From: a virus
Length of the DNA stretch: 64,000 nt
IMG/VR virus record: IMGVR_UViG_3300017780_005043
Direction: 5' to 3' (one strand)
Shown here: positions 49,001-57,867 of the stretch, piece after piece
Position numbering within the stretch: position 1 is the first letter of the stretch
Layout: the number at the start of each line of letters is the position of its first letter
Translations under genes and position numbers: made by a program
Notes under the pieces: model-generated
Told to the model about the DNA's origin: nothing
Seen by the model: only the letters and a program-made list of their open reading frames with translations
Database searches by the model: none

Positions 49001-51027
49001 CTAATTTGCTTCTTAGCCCATATCCACATATTGCTTGTCCACTCTGTATAAGGAATGTCCTTCATCTTCATTATCCATCGTGCGCTCTCTCTACCGCTAT
49101 CAATACCCTCTGCTTTTGCTTCACTTGCACTTAAACCAGCTTCTTTGCCTTCTTTTGAATTATAGAAACTTTCTAGTTCACCCTTACTCATGTTAACAAG
49201 TGACTTCCATTTAGCGTGGGTCTGCTTATCTAACTCTTTCCCCTCTTTAGTTTTATAAAATGCTTTTTGTTCGGCTTTAGTCATGTTGTTTATTGCACTT
49301 GGAGTGATGCTGCCTCCGCTAGAAAATTCATTCTTTATATTATCGCAAACAATATTATATCTATCAACAACAATAATATTTTCACCTGTCATTCTACTTA
49401 AATCATTAGATTCAATCCTTTTTGCTTTTCTAAAAAATTCATCTACAACTATTCTACAAATGCTTTTTTCACAGTCAATAATTTCTTGTAATTTATTAAT
49501 TAAATCCAAGTTTAAAGTATCAGTTACTTTTAGATTTTTTTGACCTCCTGAATTGTAAGCGCATAAATAGAAACTTTTTACTTTCGGTACTTTTGTTCCG
49601 AAGTCAGCATAAATAGATATATTTTTAAAATAGTGAAAATAGCCATTGTTTTTTATAGCCTCTGAATTTTTTATGAATGATATGCAATTATCTTCAATGC
49701 TTCCACCTTTAGCCATCTTGCCAACTGACTTCCATTTGTTTTTAATGTTGTCTTCATTATCAATTGAACCACCTTTATCAAATACGTTGGGTTTTATAGT
49801 AGTGTAATAAGTGCCACTTTCTTTATGATACCACTTCTCAATAGAATTAGAATAAGTCCTTTCTACTGTAAGTAGCTTTTTACCATTATTAGAAATTCTT
49901 TCAGATAGTATCTTATCAGCGTATGGTGGATTTATTCTTAATTGACTTTCAGGTATTTCAATAGTAACTTTCTTAATCTCCACAGCATCTTCCTTTCTAT
50001 ACTTGTTATTCTTGTCATACTGCCACTGTAATTGCATTAAAATTGAAAAAGCAGATTTTTCCCAACTTTCTTTTGTATCGGTAATGCCTACATGGATTTC
50101 GTTATACATCCTATCAAAATTAGATACTGAATGGTCTGAAATTCTAATTTTAACGCCATCACCCATAGGAAACCCACCTTCATCTACTTTATTATGAGCG
50201 TATAAATAATTACTCTCTCCAAAGTCAGTTCGGCTTCTTGCTCCTCTTCGTATAAAAAAACCATTATCTTCTAAGTATTCTGCTATAAAATCAGTTTCTT
50301 CATTAATTGTTTTGTCTGAAATTGTAGAACCTTTAAAGTCATCACTACCACCTTTAGCCATTTTTAGTGAAATAACTTTGTGAAAATCATTATTATCATC
50401 ATTTATTGCATATCCGTTTTCGTGTAGCCAAAATTTAAACAACTGAACATCGTTATAATTCACATCCCTATTATCTTTTGTGAAAATAACTTTATTTGAA
50501 ACATATCCAAAAATACAATCATTTGAATTTTTCTGCGCTATAAAATCTAAATATTTAAGCACTCTTTTTCCTACTCCCTTTAACCTATAATCTTTTCGTA
50601 CATATATTCTTTTAAGGTATAATGGTTTTTTACATTGTAGCCCATATTCTTTTGCGTGTTTTTCTGTTGACTTCTCGTATTCTATTTCAACAATTCCTTT
50701 GCTAATTAATGATTCAATGTCTGAAAAGTCATCACTACCAACTCTACCCCCGTTCTTCATGTTAACCTCACTTGGTGCATAGATAGGATTACCCCCTGCC
50801 CTTGTATTAATCAAATTAAGTATTTGAGCATTAGTTCCCGTTAATGTTTTAACCGTTTTGTCTTTTAATGCACTTTTCTTTACAACGGCTTCGCCTGCTT
50901 CTAATTCAATTGGCTTATTGCTATCATCAATTATAATGGCTTTAGTTCCATTTTCAGCATGAGATTTACCACCAACTAAACCTCCTTTTAAACCCTTATT
51001 AGTATGTATTTTTCTTTTAATTTTCAT
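46036..51027 (-). CDS. giant polyvalent protein with a GNAT acetyltransferase-like domain and an HExxH zincin metallopeptidase-like domain
   Basis: 1663 aa. GNAT motif A RLKGVGKRVLKYLDFIAQKN at residues 150-170; zincin SILAHEVAHWID with downstream Glu residues; at least 10 hydrophobic-x-[DEK]-GG-[SNV]-[IV] motifs. Confidence 0.55.
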   Translation of the reverse strand: MKIKRKIHTNKGLKGGLVGGKSHAENGTKAIIIDDSNKPIELEAGEAVVKKSALKDKTVKTLTGTNAQILNLINTRAGGNPIYAPSEVNMKNGGRVGSDDFSDIESLISKGIVEIEYEKSTEKHAKEYGLQCKKPLYLKRIYVRKDYRLKGVGKRVLKYLDFIAQKNSNDCIFGYVSNKVIFTKDNRDVNYNDVQLFKFWLHENGYAINDDNNDFHKVISLKMAKGGSDDFKGSTISDKTINEETDFIAEYLEDNGFFIRRGARSRTDFGESNYLYAHNKVDEGGFPMGDGVKIRISDHSVSNFDRMYNEIHVGITDTKESWEKSAFSILMQLQWQYDKNNKYRKEDAVEIKKVTIEIPESQLRINPPYADKILSERISNNGKKLLTVERTYSNSIEKWYHKESGTYYTTIKPNVFDKGGSIDNEDNIKNKWKSVGKMAKGGSIEDNCISFIKNSEAIKNNGYFHYFKNISIYADFGTKVPKVKSFYLCAYNSGGQKNLKVTDTLNLDLINKLQEIIDCEKSICRIVVDEFFRKAKRIESNDLSRMTGENIIVVDRYNIVCDNIKNEFSSGGSITPSAINNMTKAEQKAFYKTKEGKELDKQTHAKWKSLVNMSKGELESFYNSKEGKEAGLSASEAKAEGIDSGRESARWIMKMKDIPYTEWTSNMWIWAKKQISFVSRMKGMRGDLYDDKGNKTRKHLALLIWGHNPKKMAEGGVIPQQGTLFTKDKKNKLDYKKVGNDYVFKVYDVESNPVENYTRHQCKKRNNNEATMDYNQFINYLYSEHYIDDKKMAEGGVTGDVFSIKDPEQFKQLITLYNKFSEKFDVDNYFVDDSSVVFLRKVKFTDAELKGMAQYIADLSKNQNFSIISDKKPEISNGYFKFFLKERVRYKDGGNVGNDFDYNEDMSNESLMFEEGGNIPSETKTPEQMAKEFLNNLSQDAIEELKSKLKEALSELVVREKNALDVINAEIADLEAKKESLKEDRSDYALRKRSDYYMEIKKRQKALIHQTNRYYSVKNGGSLSTFTDKKGLEHESIPDFTSIGSEDISFDEENILTQTPPQYIPIINEEEFRIKGYLFDAIRYSSDIYLLAVNGYRETISKGWEDTKEHPSDAEQGYVLVTLDQLILINDYYYTKAKATERKKAEETNKRTEESYDRIPRERRENHYAMRYFYEGMPVSVKKKVSKDAWEALTLEQKEAIYKPIKVVQGKRLVSKLEDDRMWASFHNMYERFLNPEAKIKTEKGVKYGHPEVFSYWYAFRDMMKWKLKDIKFQRQFLSDMRKTALETSFGMSNTNELLYDNMGILIKRQNGSNIKPIEIEQIRKGWINVNNVYGGLVSLAKEDAMKISHTGTTLVFASKAAGVYIPTMKTIAVSAKYGDAMFESILAHEVAHWIDNKIGEQKRLRWATDNYEDTAGIIASTFRNKMNKKSDSDYINATKECFARALEQHFSISIFGENATVFPDPLHPDLSMTYFQSENYVNKDVYESAMKPLIDKFFEENKDFFKYGIETNEADANVSKEVAPIITPMEVKTEVVMTEEERLRKEFDDLAKADTMTDAQKATIERMADNLAESLKLKKLKLTNKAMKMFANSPAQLEIRKEIDEISSKIAELEEKADESMSKENLLASLEGAKVAVEFLEGQKKQDMIDYIGGLEILIEIA

Positions 51028-51829
51028 AACTAAAAATATAACCTTTATGTTGACTGCAATCGCCTTTTAAAACGGAATTTATAGATTTTCTATCTAACCC
51101 CAAAACTCTAGCCATTTCTCTTTTTGATAAAAAATTTGATTTTTCACCAGTAGATAAATTTATTGATGTAATTTTTTTGCCTCTTTTAGCAATTAAATTA
51201 ATCTTTATCTCTTTTTTCCTTTTTTCTGAAATATATGACTTTCTTTTGAAATTATTTATTTCAAAATCATTAAATTTAAACTTATTCTTTTTAAGAATTT
51301 TAGTTATAGTTCCTCTATTAACATTGAATTCTTTAGCTATTTCTATCGCTGACAAATTGTTTTTTCTCATTCTTATTACCTCTTCTATTTTAACAGAATC
51401 AAATATAGTATTCAACTCTAAAGCTCTCTTGGTAGCCTTAATAAGTGGTTCTTTATTGTTTAAAACATAATACGAATGAATCATATTTTCAGAATGTGTA
51501 ACCCACTCTAAATTAATAAGATTATTATCTGTCTTAATTCCGTTTATATGATTTACTTCAGGCTTATTTTCCTTATTTTCTAAAAATGTAATTGCTACTA
51601 ATTTATGAACAAACCAATTTTTTTCTTTACCGTATATTCTAAGTTTTACTGTGTTGTATCCAAATACACTTAGTGTTTTTTTCATTATTCTTTCACTCTT
51701 AATAGTTCCATTTCTAGGGATACTTTTAACATTTCCTAAATTAGAACACATATAGCATCCATCAGAAAAAGGAATATATTTCCAAACCTCTTCTTTCTTT
51801 CCGTCTGTTGTTGCTTTGATTTTTGCCAT
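51017..51829 (-). CDS. HNH homing endonuclease (NUMOD4 / HNH_3 with a C-terminal NUMOD-like DNA-binding region)
   Basis: FSDGCYMCSNLGNVKS, GYNTVKL, VHKLVAITFLENKENKPEVNHINGIKTDNNLINLEWVTHSEN, C-terminal IEIAKEF..RGTITKI.. Confidence 0.75.
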   Translation of the reverse strand: MAKIKATTDGKKEEVWKYIPFSDGCYMCSNLGNVKSIPRNGTIKSERIMKKTLSVFGYNTVKLRIYGKEKNWFVHKLVAITFLENKENKPEVNHINGIKTDNNLINLEWVTHSENMIHSYYVLNNKEPLIKATKRALELNTIFDSVKIEEVIRMRKNNLSAIEIAKEFNVNRGTITKILKKNKFKFNDFEINNFKRKSYISEKRKKEIKINLIAKRGKKITSINLSTGEKSNFLSKREMARVLGLDRKSINSVLKGDCSQHKGYIFSYEN

Positions 51830-51981
51830 ATTAAAACACTAAAAAAGCGAATTTACAAAATATTTTGGATATTGAAAAATATTTGTTAAGGGCTATTGTA
51901 GAAAGAAATAATAGATAGTCAATGCTGCAAAAATAATCAATGCTGCTATTAGTTCATTGAATTGATGTTTCTCTAAGTCGT

Positions 51982-52734
51982 TCATATTTTCGTATCGCTT
52001 TTTCTTCTAAGATAATAATTGAACTCTGCTATTTCATTTCCGTACTTCTTTAGAGTTTCTAGCTCCCCAATTTCTTCGATATGGTTAGCTGCATCAATAG
52101 CCTCTCCTAATGTTTTGAATTTAGGCTCTCCAATGTAATTGAATTGGTAATAGCAAGTCAAAACAAAAGAACCGTCTTTTTCACGTATCGTAAAGTTTGG
52201 AGCTTGCGCCCACTCTCCACTACCTTTAGCTACCCATTTTATCTCTTTGTAAAATGTATCTTCTATTTTTCTAAATTCTAGTTTTTCTTTTATCACTTTA
52301 TGGAAATAATTATTATCCATGTTCACAGCATATCCTTTACTATGTAGCCAAAATTTAGTAAATGTTACATCATCCACGCAAACACCCCTATTTTCTTTAG
52401 TAAATTCAATTTCTTCAGAGATTTCTCCAAAAATAGCATCATATCCATTTTTTTTAGCAATAGAATCTACATATTTCAAAACTTTACTGCCCAATCCTTT
52501 CAATCTAAAATCCTCTTTAATAAATATAGTTTCTAAAAATAAAGGATTTTTCCCTCTACACTCGTATTTGGTTGCTTCTTCCGAAGTCGATTCTTTATAC
52601 CCTATCAAAATATTCCCTTCTCGGACGTGATTTTCAATATATTGCAATTCAAGATTCATTAAAACATCATCCATTGGCTTTTTATCGGACTTATTCATAC
52701 TATTTATTAATTTGATTTTTATCAATATTTTCAA
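51982..52734 (-). CDS. GNAT-family acetyltransferase-like protein (standalone paralog of the 1663-aa protein N-domain)
   Basis: RLKGLGSKVLKYVDSIAKKNGYDAIFGE...FTKFWLHSKGYAVNMDNNYFHKVI aligns with residues 150-215 of 46036..51027. Confidence 0.5.
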   Translation of the reverse strand: MKILIKIKLINSMNKSDKKPMDDVLMNLELQYIENHVREGNILIGYKESTSEEATKYECRGKNPLFLETIFIKEDFRLKGLGSKVLKYVDSIAKKNGYDAIFGEISEEIEFTKENRGVCVDDVTFTKFWLHSKGYAVNMDNNYFHKVIKEKLEFRKIEDTFYKEIKWVAKGSGEWAQAPNFTIREKDGSFVLTCYYQFNYIGEPKFKTLGEAIDAANHIEEIGELETLKKYGNEIAEFNYYLRRKSDTKI

Positions 52735-52960
52735 TAATCTCCCAATCAGTTTCTCCGCTAAATCTACATGGGCTTAACATATCTAAGACATCGTACTCAT
52801 ATTCTCTAAGTAAGTCATTAGAATAAACCATTGTCAATGGATTTATATTTATGGCTATAAATAAATTTTGTCCATTTACAGTTTGATGCAAATTTATAAT
52901 ATCACCCTTTTGTAATTGTTTTCCGTTCTTATCTTTAAATATGAGCTTCATATAACGCAC
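52700..52960 (-). CDS. hypothetical protein
   Basis: 86 aa. Confidence 0.35.
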   Translation of the reverse strand: MRYMKLIFKDKNGKQLQKGDIINLHQTVNGQNLFIAININPLTMVYSNDLLREYEYDVLDMLSPCRFSGETDWEIIENIDKNQINK

Positions 52961-53126
52961 AAGATTTAAGATTACATTTTATTTTCAATAACCCGTTTTC
53001 CGTTCTATTACTCTTTCTAACTCCACAGTACTGTATTATCTTTGAACCACATTCCCAACGCTGCCTATGTTTGCAACTATTGCAAGTTAAGAAAGACTTA
53101 TTTTCTTCTATTTCAAATAGTAGCAT
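52935..53126 (-). CDS. small Zn-finger protein
   Basis: CNSC...C...C...C pattern. Confidence 0.35.
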   Translation of the reverse strand: MLLFEIEENKSFLTCNSCKHRQRWECGSKIIQYCGVRKSNRTENGLLKIKCNLKSCALYEAHI

Positions 53127-53547
53127 GGCTTAAAAATATATCGTATCTAATTTTTGTTAAATCGGGTATTGCGACAAATATTTTCCAATTTATATTATCA
53201 ATATCTCCTAATTCTAACGGCACTGAATAATCCAAAACACCTTGTTGATATTGTGATTTAGGAATTGAAATGTAATCTGAATGAGTTTTGGTTTTGTTTT
53301 TTGTTTGAAAAGTTATAACAACGAGGGATTTAAGCCATTTGTTATTATCAGAATAAATTCTTATTTTTCTTACACAAGCCCCATGAAGCACATCAGGATT
53401 ATCAATGTCTAAACAAAATAATTTATCTGCATAAGTGTTATTCGTTAGAGTAGAACTCGTTTTAAATATCAGCCCTGTCATTATCAGAAATTTTAATATT
53501 GTGTTTTTCAAAGAATCTATCAGCATATCCAGTAGAAGGTATTCCAT
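53113..53547 (-). CDS. hypothetical protein
   Basis: 144 aa. Confidence 0.35.
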   Translation of the reverse strand: MEYLLLDMLIDSLKNTILKFLIMTGLIFKTSSTLTNNTYADKLFCLDIDNPDVLHGACVRKIRIYSDNNKWLKSLVVITFQTKNKTKTHSDYISIPKSQYQQGVLDYSVPLELGDIDNINWKIFVAIPDLTKIRYDIFLSHATI

Positions 53548-53821
53548 TTATTTCATCCACTTTAGCGTGGTATCCATAGCTTAATGCTTGATACATATCT
53601 TGAACAGTGAACATATTTGTTTTAAAGAAAAATTTAATTACACACATCTTACTACACAAATGAATTTGAGTTTTCCCACAGTGTATGATTTTTCTATCAT
53701 AGTGTTCATTGTATATCTCTCCTTCTATTGTAATCCATGCCGAAGGTATTCTAGCATCATTCTGCCCTTTTATATGTGAAGAAGTTTCTTCCCCACAACA
53801 ATTGCACTTAAATTTAATCAT
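53462..53821 (-). CDS. Zn-ribbon protein
   Basis: CNCC...C...C...C. Confidence 0.35.
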   Translation of the reverse strand: MIKFKCNCCGEETSSHIKGQNDARIPSAWITIEGEIYNEHYDRKIIHCGKTQIHLCSKMCVIKFFFKTNMFTVQDMYQALSYGYHAKVDEINGIPSTGYADRFFEKHNIKISDNDRADI

Positions 53822-53845
53822 ACTGTTATTTTAATTTGGTTTTTT

Positions 53846-54052
53846 CTAATTCAATAAATACTTCGGTGTTTTGTCGCTGTTAGCAAGTACTATCAACTTA
53901 CCTCTTGGTGATTTAACTACGTGAATCTCATTCAATTCCATCAAGTCCTTTACATCATCTTCCTTCTTATAGAAAATATCGCTGAACTCCACCATTACTA
54001 TTGCGTTTCTCTCTAAAGATTGCAGTTGATTAATAAGCTCTGCCACTGTCAT
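53846..54052 (-). CDS. hypothetical protein
   Basis: 68 aa. Confidence 0.35.
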   Translation of the reverse strand: MTVAELINQLQSLERNAIVMVEFSDIFYKKEDDVKDLMELNEIHVVKSPRGKLIVLANSDKTPKYLLN

Positions 54053-54953
54053 TACGCTGTATTTTAAAGTTTCTCAATTTAGTGTTGTGAAGGTATTGAA
54101 TATTATTCTGTTTTACACAAACATTTACTTTAAAAATTAATCCCAATCCTGTAAAATAATTTTCAACCTGCTCTCTCTTATTTGGTAAAACGCTTATCCC
54201 ATCGGTGTTAAACTCCAAAACGCTGCTCCCCAACTGCTCAACAATTCCACTTATAACGGTGTAAAGTTCATGGCGTATGTTCATAAAAATCTGTTCATCA
54301 CGTTTAGATAGCACTTCCTTTCTCTCTGTGTAAACTCCATCGACAATATCGTAAGTTGTCTTTTCTCTCCTTCTACCTAAGAAGGATATGCAAAGCCTCT
54401 TTGCGTGTTTGTGTGTATCTAATGGCATATACCTATTGAATAGCTTCGTGGATATGTACCCAAGCCTATGCGCTATTTGCCAATAAGCACTTGAAAGGTC
54501 TATGTTGTAGAACTTATCTCCTTCTACCATAGCATCGTAAGTCATGTTGTACTTCTGTGATACTCTACCGTTGTAAGGTACTTTCAAGTCTAACAATATA
54601 GGATTCTTTTTCAGTTGGCTATTAAGACTTCTTTTAAAACCACTAATAAAAGCCACGAACTCTCTCGCTGGTAATCCCGTTTCAATTCCTTCTCCCGACC
54701 TTTCTGTATAAGCATAGTTGCCATTAACTAAAATGAATTTACGGCTACCGAACTTCTCTACTGCGAAGGGCTTCTTTTGAACCTTCTTGTTTTCGATAAT
54801 ACCTTTGAATGTCGTTGGCTCGCATGGTACTGCTCTGCTGTCTAAAAGAAAATCTTCCATGCTATTGATTGTTTTGTTTAGACAAAATTTCCGATAATTC
54901 TCTAAGTTTTTCAGCGTGTTCAGGTTTGAATATAAACGCATCCCATTGCCCAT
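54030..54953 (-). CDS. hypothetical protein
   Basis: 307 aa; no firm motif (see rejected list for the polymerase-like motifs). Confidence 0.4.
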   Translation of the reverse strand: MGNGMRLYSNLNTLKNLENYRKFCLNKTINSMEDFLLDSRAVPCEPTTFKGIIENKKVQKKPFAVEKFGSRKFILVNGNYAYTERSGEGIETGLPAREFVAFISGFKRSLNSQLKKNPILLDLKVPYNGRVSQKYNMTYDAMVEGDKFYNIDLSSAYWQIAHRLGYISTKLFNRYMPLDTHKHAKRLCISFLGRRREKTTYDIVDGVYTERKEVLSKRDEQIFMNIRHELYTVISGIVEQLGSSVLEFNTDGISVLPNKREQVENYFTGLGLIFKVNVCVKQNNIQYLHNTKLRNFKIQRNDSGRAY

Positions 54954-55134
54954 ACCTGCACTTGTACCCGAAAATGTATCTAATTCCGTGCTTCAATCTT
55001 TTCCAAAAACCGCATTTAACTAAATGAATAGAGCAATAAGAAATACTATCTTCTTCATCATGCTCAATGATTATTTGATGTTCACGGCTATCGCAATCGC
55101 AAATTAATACAAATGGTAATTCTTTCTTTTCCAT
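54862..55134 (-). CDS. hypothetical Cys/His-rich protein
   Basis: 90 aa. Confidence 0.35.
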   Translation of the reverse strand: MEKKELPFVLICDCDSREHQIIIEHDEEDSISYCSIHLVKCGFWKRLKHGIRYIFGYKCRYGQWDAFIFKPEHAEKLRELSEILSKQNNQ

Positions 55135-55139
55135 GCTAT

Positions 55140-55985
55140 TTATTTTATCAATTTTATGAAATCTGCTTTAGTAATCAACCCCTCTCTCAAAAGTTGAGCG
55201 TACTCCTTCACCTGCTCTGCTTTGGATTGTTCAATACTAGCTTTCAACCTCAATTCCTCTACACTATCACTACTTCCTTTTTTACCCTTTGCTTCCTTCT
55301 TCTTTTTCTCCTTATTTTTCTTTTTATTTCCTCTCTCAACAGGAAGGACTTGCGCTTCACCCTTATCAAAATCACTTTCACCATCGGGAGCAAAGCCATA
55401 CATATCTTCTATTGGCGTTCCCATTCCATCACACACGATAATCTTCGCTATCCATCTACCGTTCGCATCTTGTTCGGGAGGCAAGGTAGTAACACACATA
55501 TTTTCTCCTGCCCAATCACTGCTGTTATACTCTTCAGGGTCTTGTGATACAAATTCATTACAGTAATCTACGTAAGGCTTAAAGTATGTTGAGTAGTCGG
55601 CATAGTCCCCTCCCTTTAGTGTTGGTACTGAATAGTCAAATATATCTGAAACAAAGGTAACATTACTAGCGCAGTCGCTAATCATCTGTGAGTATTGCGA
55701 TAAGTCATAGAACGGCTTAATCTCAAACATCGTAGGAACAATGAAAGGTATCTTAACTCCCTCCTTTGGTTTCCTTGTTGGTGTTGTGGTCTTTAGGTAC
55801 TTGTTAATCCCTTTTATGGTAATCAACTCATTCCTATCTCTGAAAATCTTTAGTAGTTCACTTGCTTTAGCCCTTGCTAACTTCCTATTTGGGTACTGCT
55901 TCTTCTTTCTTGCTACTATATCTGTAATAAAGCCAATACCTTTCGTAGATACCGATGCCTTAACTTTATTTACTTTTTTCGCCAT
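55140..55985 (-). CDS. hypothetical protein with a Lys-rich segment
   Basis: 281 aa. Confidence 0.4.
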   Translation of the reverse strand: MAKKVNKVKASVSTKGIGFITDIVARKKKQYPNRKLARAKASELLKIFRDRNELITIKGINKYLKTTTPTRKPKEGVKIPFIVPTMFEIKPFYDLSQYSQMISDCASNVTFVSDIFDYSVPTLKGGDYADYSTYFKPYVDYCNEFVSQDPEEYNSSDWAGENMCVTTLPPEQDANGRWIAKIIVCDGMGTPIEDMYGFAPDGESDFDKGEAQVLPVERGNKKKNKEKKKKEAKGKKGSSDSVEELRLKASIEQSKAEQVKEYAQLLREGLITKADFIKLIK

Positions 55986-56077
55986 TTAAAAAATCCCAAC
56001 GGTTTTACAATAAAACAAATCCTGCTTCAGATATTGTTGCGCTGTACAAGTAAAGAACGACTGAACCGTTGGGATTT
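55986..56077 (-). promoter_or_regulatory. long-loop stem-loop plus T-run immediately upstream of the 55985 start codon (terminator/attenuator-like)
   Basis: Perfect 13-bp inverted repeat AATCCCAACGGTT (55992-56004) / AACCGTTGGGATT (56065-56077) with a 60-nt loop containing nested palindromes. On the minus strand it is followed by TTTTTT and then directly by the ATG. Confidence 0.4.
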
Positions 56078-56187
56078 ATATTTTTCATCTGAATTTCTTT
56101 TAAGAAGTGGTATTGGCGAAGGTAGTAAAATTTTTCTAATTTGGAATAGAAACTTTAAAAAAGTTCGCTATTGATGCGTAGTGAACC

Positions 56188-57048
56188 TTAAATTAAAATT
56201 ATACCCTCACTTTTTTCAATAATATCAAAGAATTGGTCGAGGTTTTCCAATTCATAGCACTCTTTTAACACTTCAAACTCATTATAATCACACCAAAAAT
56301 TATTATCCTTACTCCACTTAATCAAGTCCAACGCCATTCTATACTTCTTTCTACCGTAATCTACCTTCTCGTCATCTAGTTGATACATTGATGTTTGATA
56401 TGGTGCTGCCTTCTCAATAGCTACAAACACATAATGCTCTCTACCTAGCATATCTAAGTAGTATGGCACACTAATATCGTAGCCCCAACTGTAAATGCTT
56501 TTAGTAAACTCTTTCTTACCACTGTCTAAGCAAGTTTTAAGGTCGCCAATAGTGCTTTTATTCTCTGGCAGTATATCGGGGCGAATACGCATCATCAATC
56601 CCGTCTTTTCGTCTTGCTTGTAACAAGATACCTCTCTGAAGGAATCACGCATTAACTCAACCAATGGTTTTTTCACCCTTGCGCTATCAGCCATCTTTAT
56701 AATCATTGCTGCTTCATCATCAAATACCAATTGTTTACCCGTACTCTTAGCTAAGTTTTCATACGCTGCATACTGCGCTTGTCCTTTTGCCGTTCGTTGG
56801 TCGCACTTAGGAACTATCATGTAATGGTCTTGGAAAAGATTCGGCTCTAAAACTAATTCGTGGAACGCACTACCTACTGCTAAATGCCTTCTATCTTTTT
56901 CATCATCTTTCCCTTCTCCACCATACTTATTATTAAAATAATACTTAGGGCTTTTAAGGAAGTTCTTGATGTCGGAAGCAGAAATGTAGTCTTTCTTTCC
57001 TAGATACTCTTCAAAACTATCTTTTACATATTCAACTTGGTTTGTCAT
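56188..57048 (-). CDS. PD-(D/E)xK exonuclease (YqaJ/RecB-like recombination nuclease)
   Basis: GSAFHELVLE ... RIRPDIL ... IGDLKT ... Y..Q motif order typical of the PDDEXK_1 phage exonuclease family. Confidence 0.6.
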   Translation of the reverse strand: MTNQVEYVKDSFEEYLGKKDYISASDIKNFLKSPKYYFNNKYGGEGKDDEKDRRHLAVGSAFHELVLEPNLFQDHYMIVPKCDQRTAKGQAQYAAYENLAKSTGKQLVFDDEAAMIIKMADSARVKKPLVELMRDSFREVSCYKQDEKTGLMMRIRPDILPENKSTIGDLKTCLDSGKKEFTKSIYSWGYDISVPYYLDMLGREHYVFVAIEKAAPYQTSMYQLDDEKVDYGRKKYRMALDLIKWSKDNNFWCDYNEFEVLKECYELENLDQFFDIIEKSEGIILI

Positions 57049-57055
57049 GGGGTAA

Positions 57056-57289
57056 TTATTTTTGTATTTTTTTCCAATGCGTTATTGTAGTGTTGTAATC
57101 AACTCCCTTCACATAATTTATTGACATAGATATTTTCCCGTTAATTTCTCTATAAATAGCTGTTGTAACTATTTTTTGAGTAGGTTCAGATTCAGGCGCA
57201 CCAGCAGTTGCAGGAAGGTGCATAACTTGAACTCTTTCATTTAATGGAGGGTGTTGTTTAGAGAATCTAACCCATCTTTCTTTTTTCAT
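57056..57289 (-). CDS. hypothetical protein
   Basis: 77 aa. Confidence 0.35.
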   Translation of the reverse strand: MKKERWVRFSKQHPPLNERVQVMHLPATAGAPESEPTQKIVTTAIYREINGKISMSINYVKGVDYNTTITHWKKIQK

Positions 57290-57483
57290 TACCTTCTTTT
57301 TTTAATATTCAAACTTTTACAGTCAGGGCAGCTTAGAATTGATTCATTTGAGTTAAATAATTCAGCGCAGTCATTACATTCATAGTCAAAATCATACTCA
57401 CTCATAAAATTGTTATTAGTAAGAGCTTCTATTACAGATATGGATAATGGATGTATGCCTTTTTCGTGTTTATTATTGCCCAT
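57289..57483 (-). CDS. small Zn-ribbon protein
   Basis: CNDC...CPDC. Confidence 0.35.
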   Translation of the reverse strand: MGNNKHEKGIHPLSISVIEALTNNNFMSEYDFDYECNDCAELFNSNESILSCPDCKSLNIKKRR

Positions 57484-57485
57484 TC

Positions 57486-57866
57486 TTACTTTATTCTGTT
57501 TAGTGCTTGTATCAATGCTTCGTCAAAATCTGAACCTGCATAATCACCATCAATATGATAAACCCAACGAGTAGGCGTTACCCTATCATTGTACCATATT
57601 CTTGAAACATGGATATTGTGTTTCTCTTCTAGCCAATCAATCAATTGCTGTGGAGTAGGGGCAAACGTGACGCATTCTTTAACTACATCAGGAAAATCAA
57701 GAACCCAAGTTCTACCTTCTATAAACTCGTAATGGTATATACCTAATGTATTTCGCTCTATGATACTAGCTCTTTCTCTTTTAAAATAAAAACCTAAGCA
57801 TCTAGTATTAAAATTTTTGCTTTTTGCTAATTTAGCAACATCTATATTCACAAACAATTTTTCCAT
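57486..57866 (-). CDS. hypothetical protein
   Basis: ATG start at 57866 preferred over the TTG-type 57884 start in the ORF track. Confidence 0.4.
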   Translation of the reverse strand: MEKLFVNIDVAKLAKSKNFNTRCLGFYFKRERASIIERNTLGIYHYEFIEGRTWVLDFPDVVKECVTFAPTPQQLIDWLEEKHNIHVSRIWYNDRVTPTRWVYHIDGDYAGSDFDEALIQALNRIK

Positions 57867-57867
57867 A

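Noticed and set aside
54030-54953. PolB-like motifs (NIDLSSAY resembling DxxSLYP; EFNTDGIS resembling YxDTDS) in a 307-aa ORF
   Set aside because: The protein is far too short for a family-B polymerase. Motif B is absent and the spacing is wrong. Probably coincidental, so left as hypothetical.
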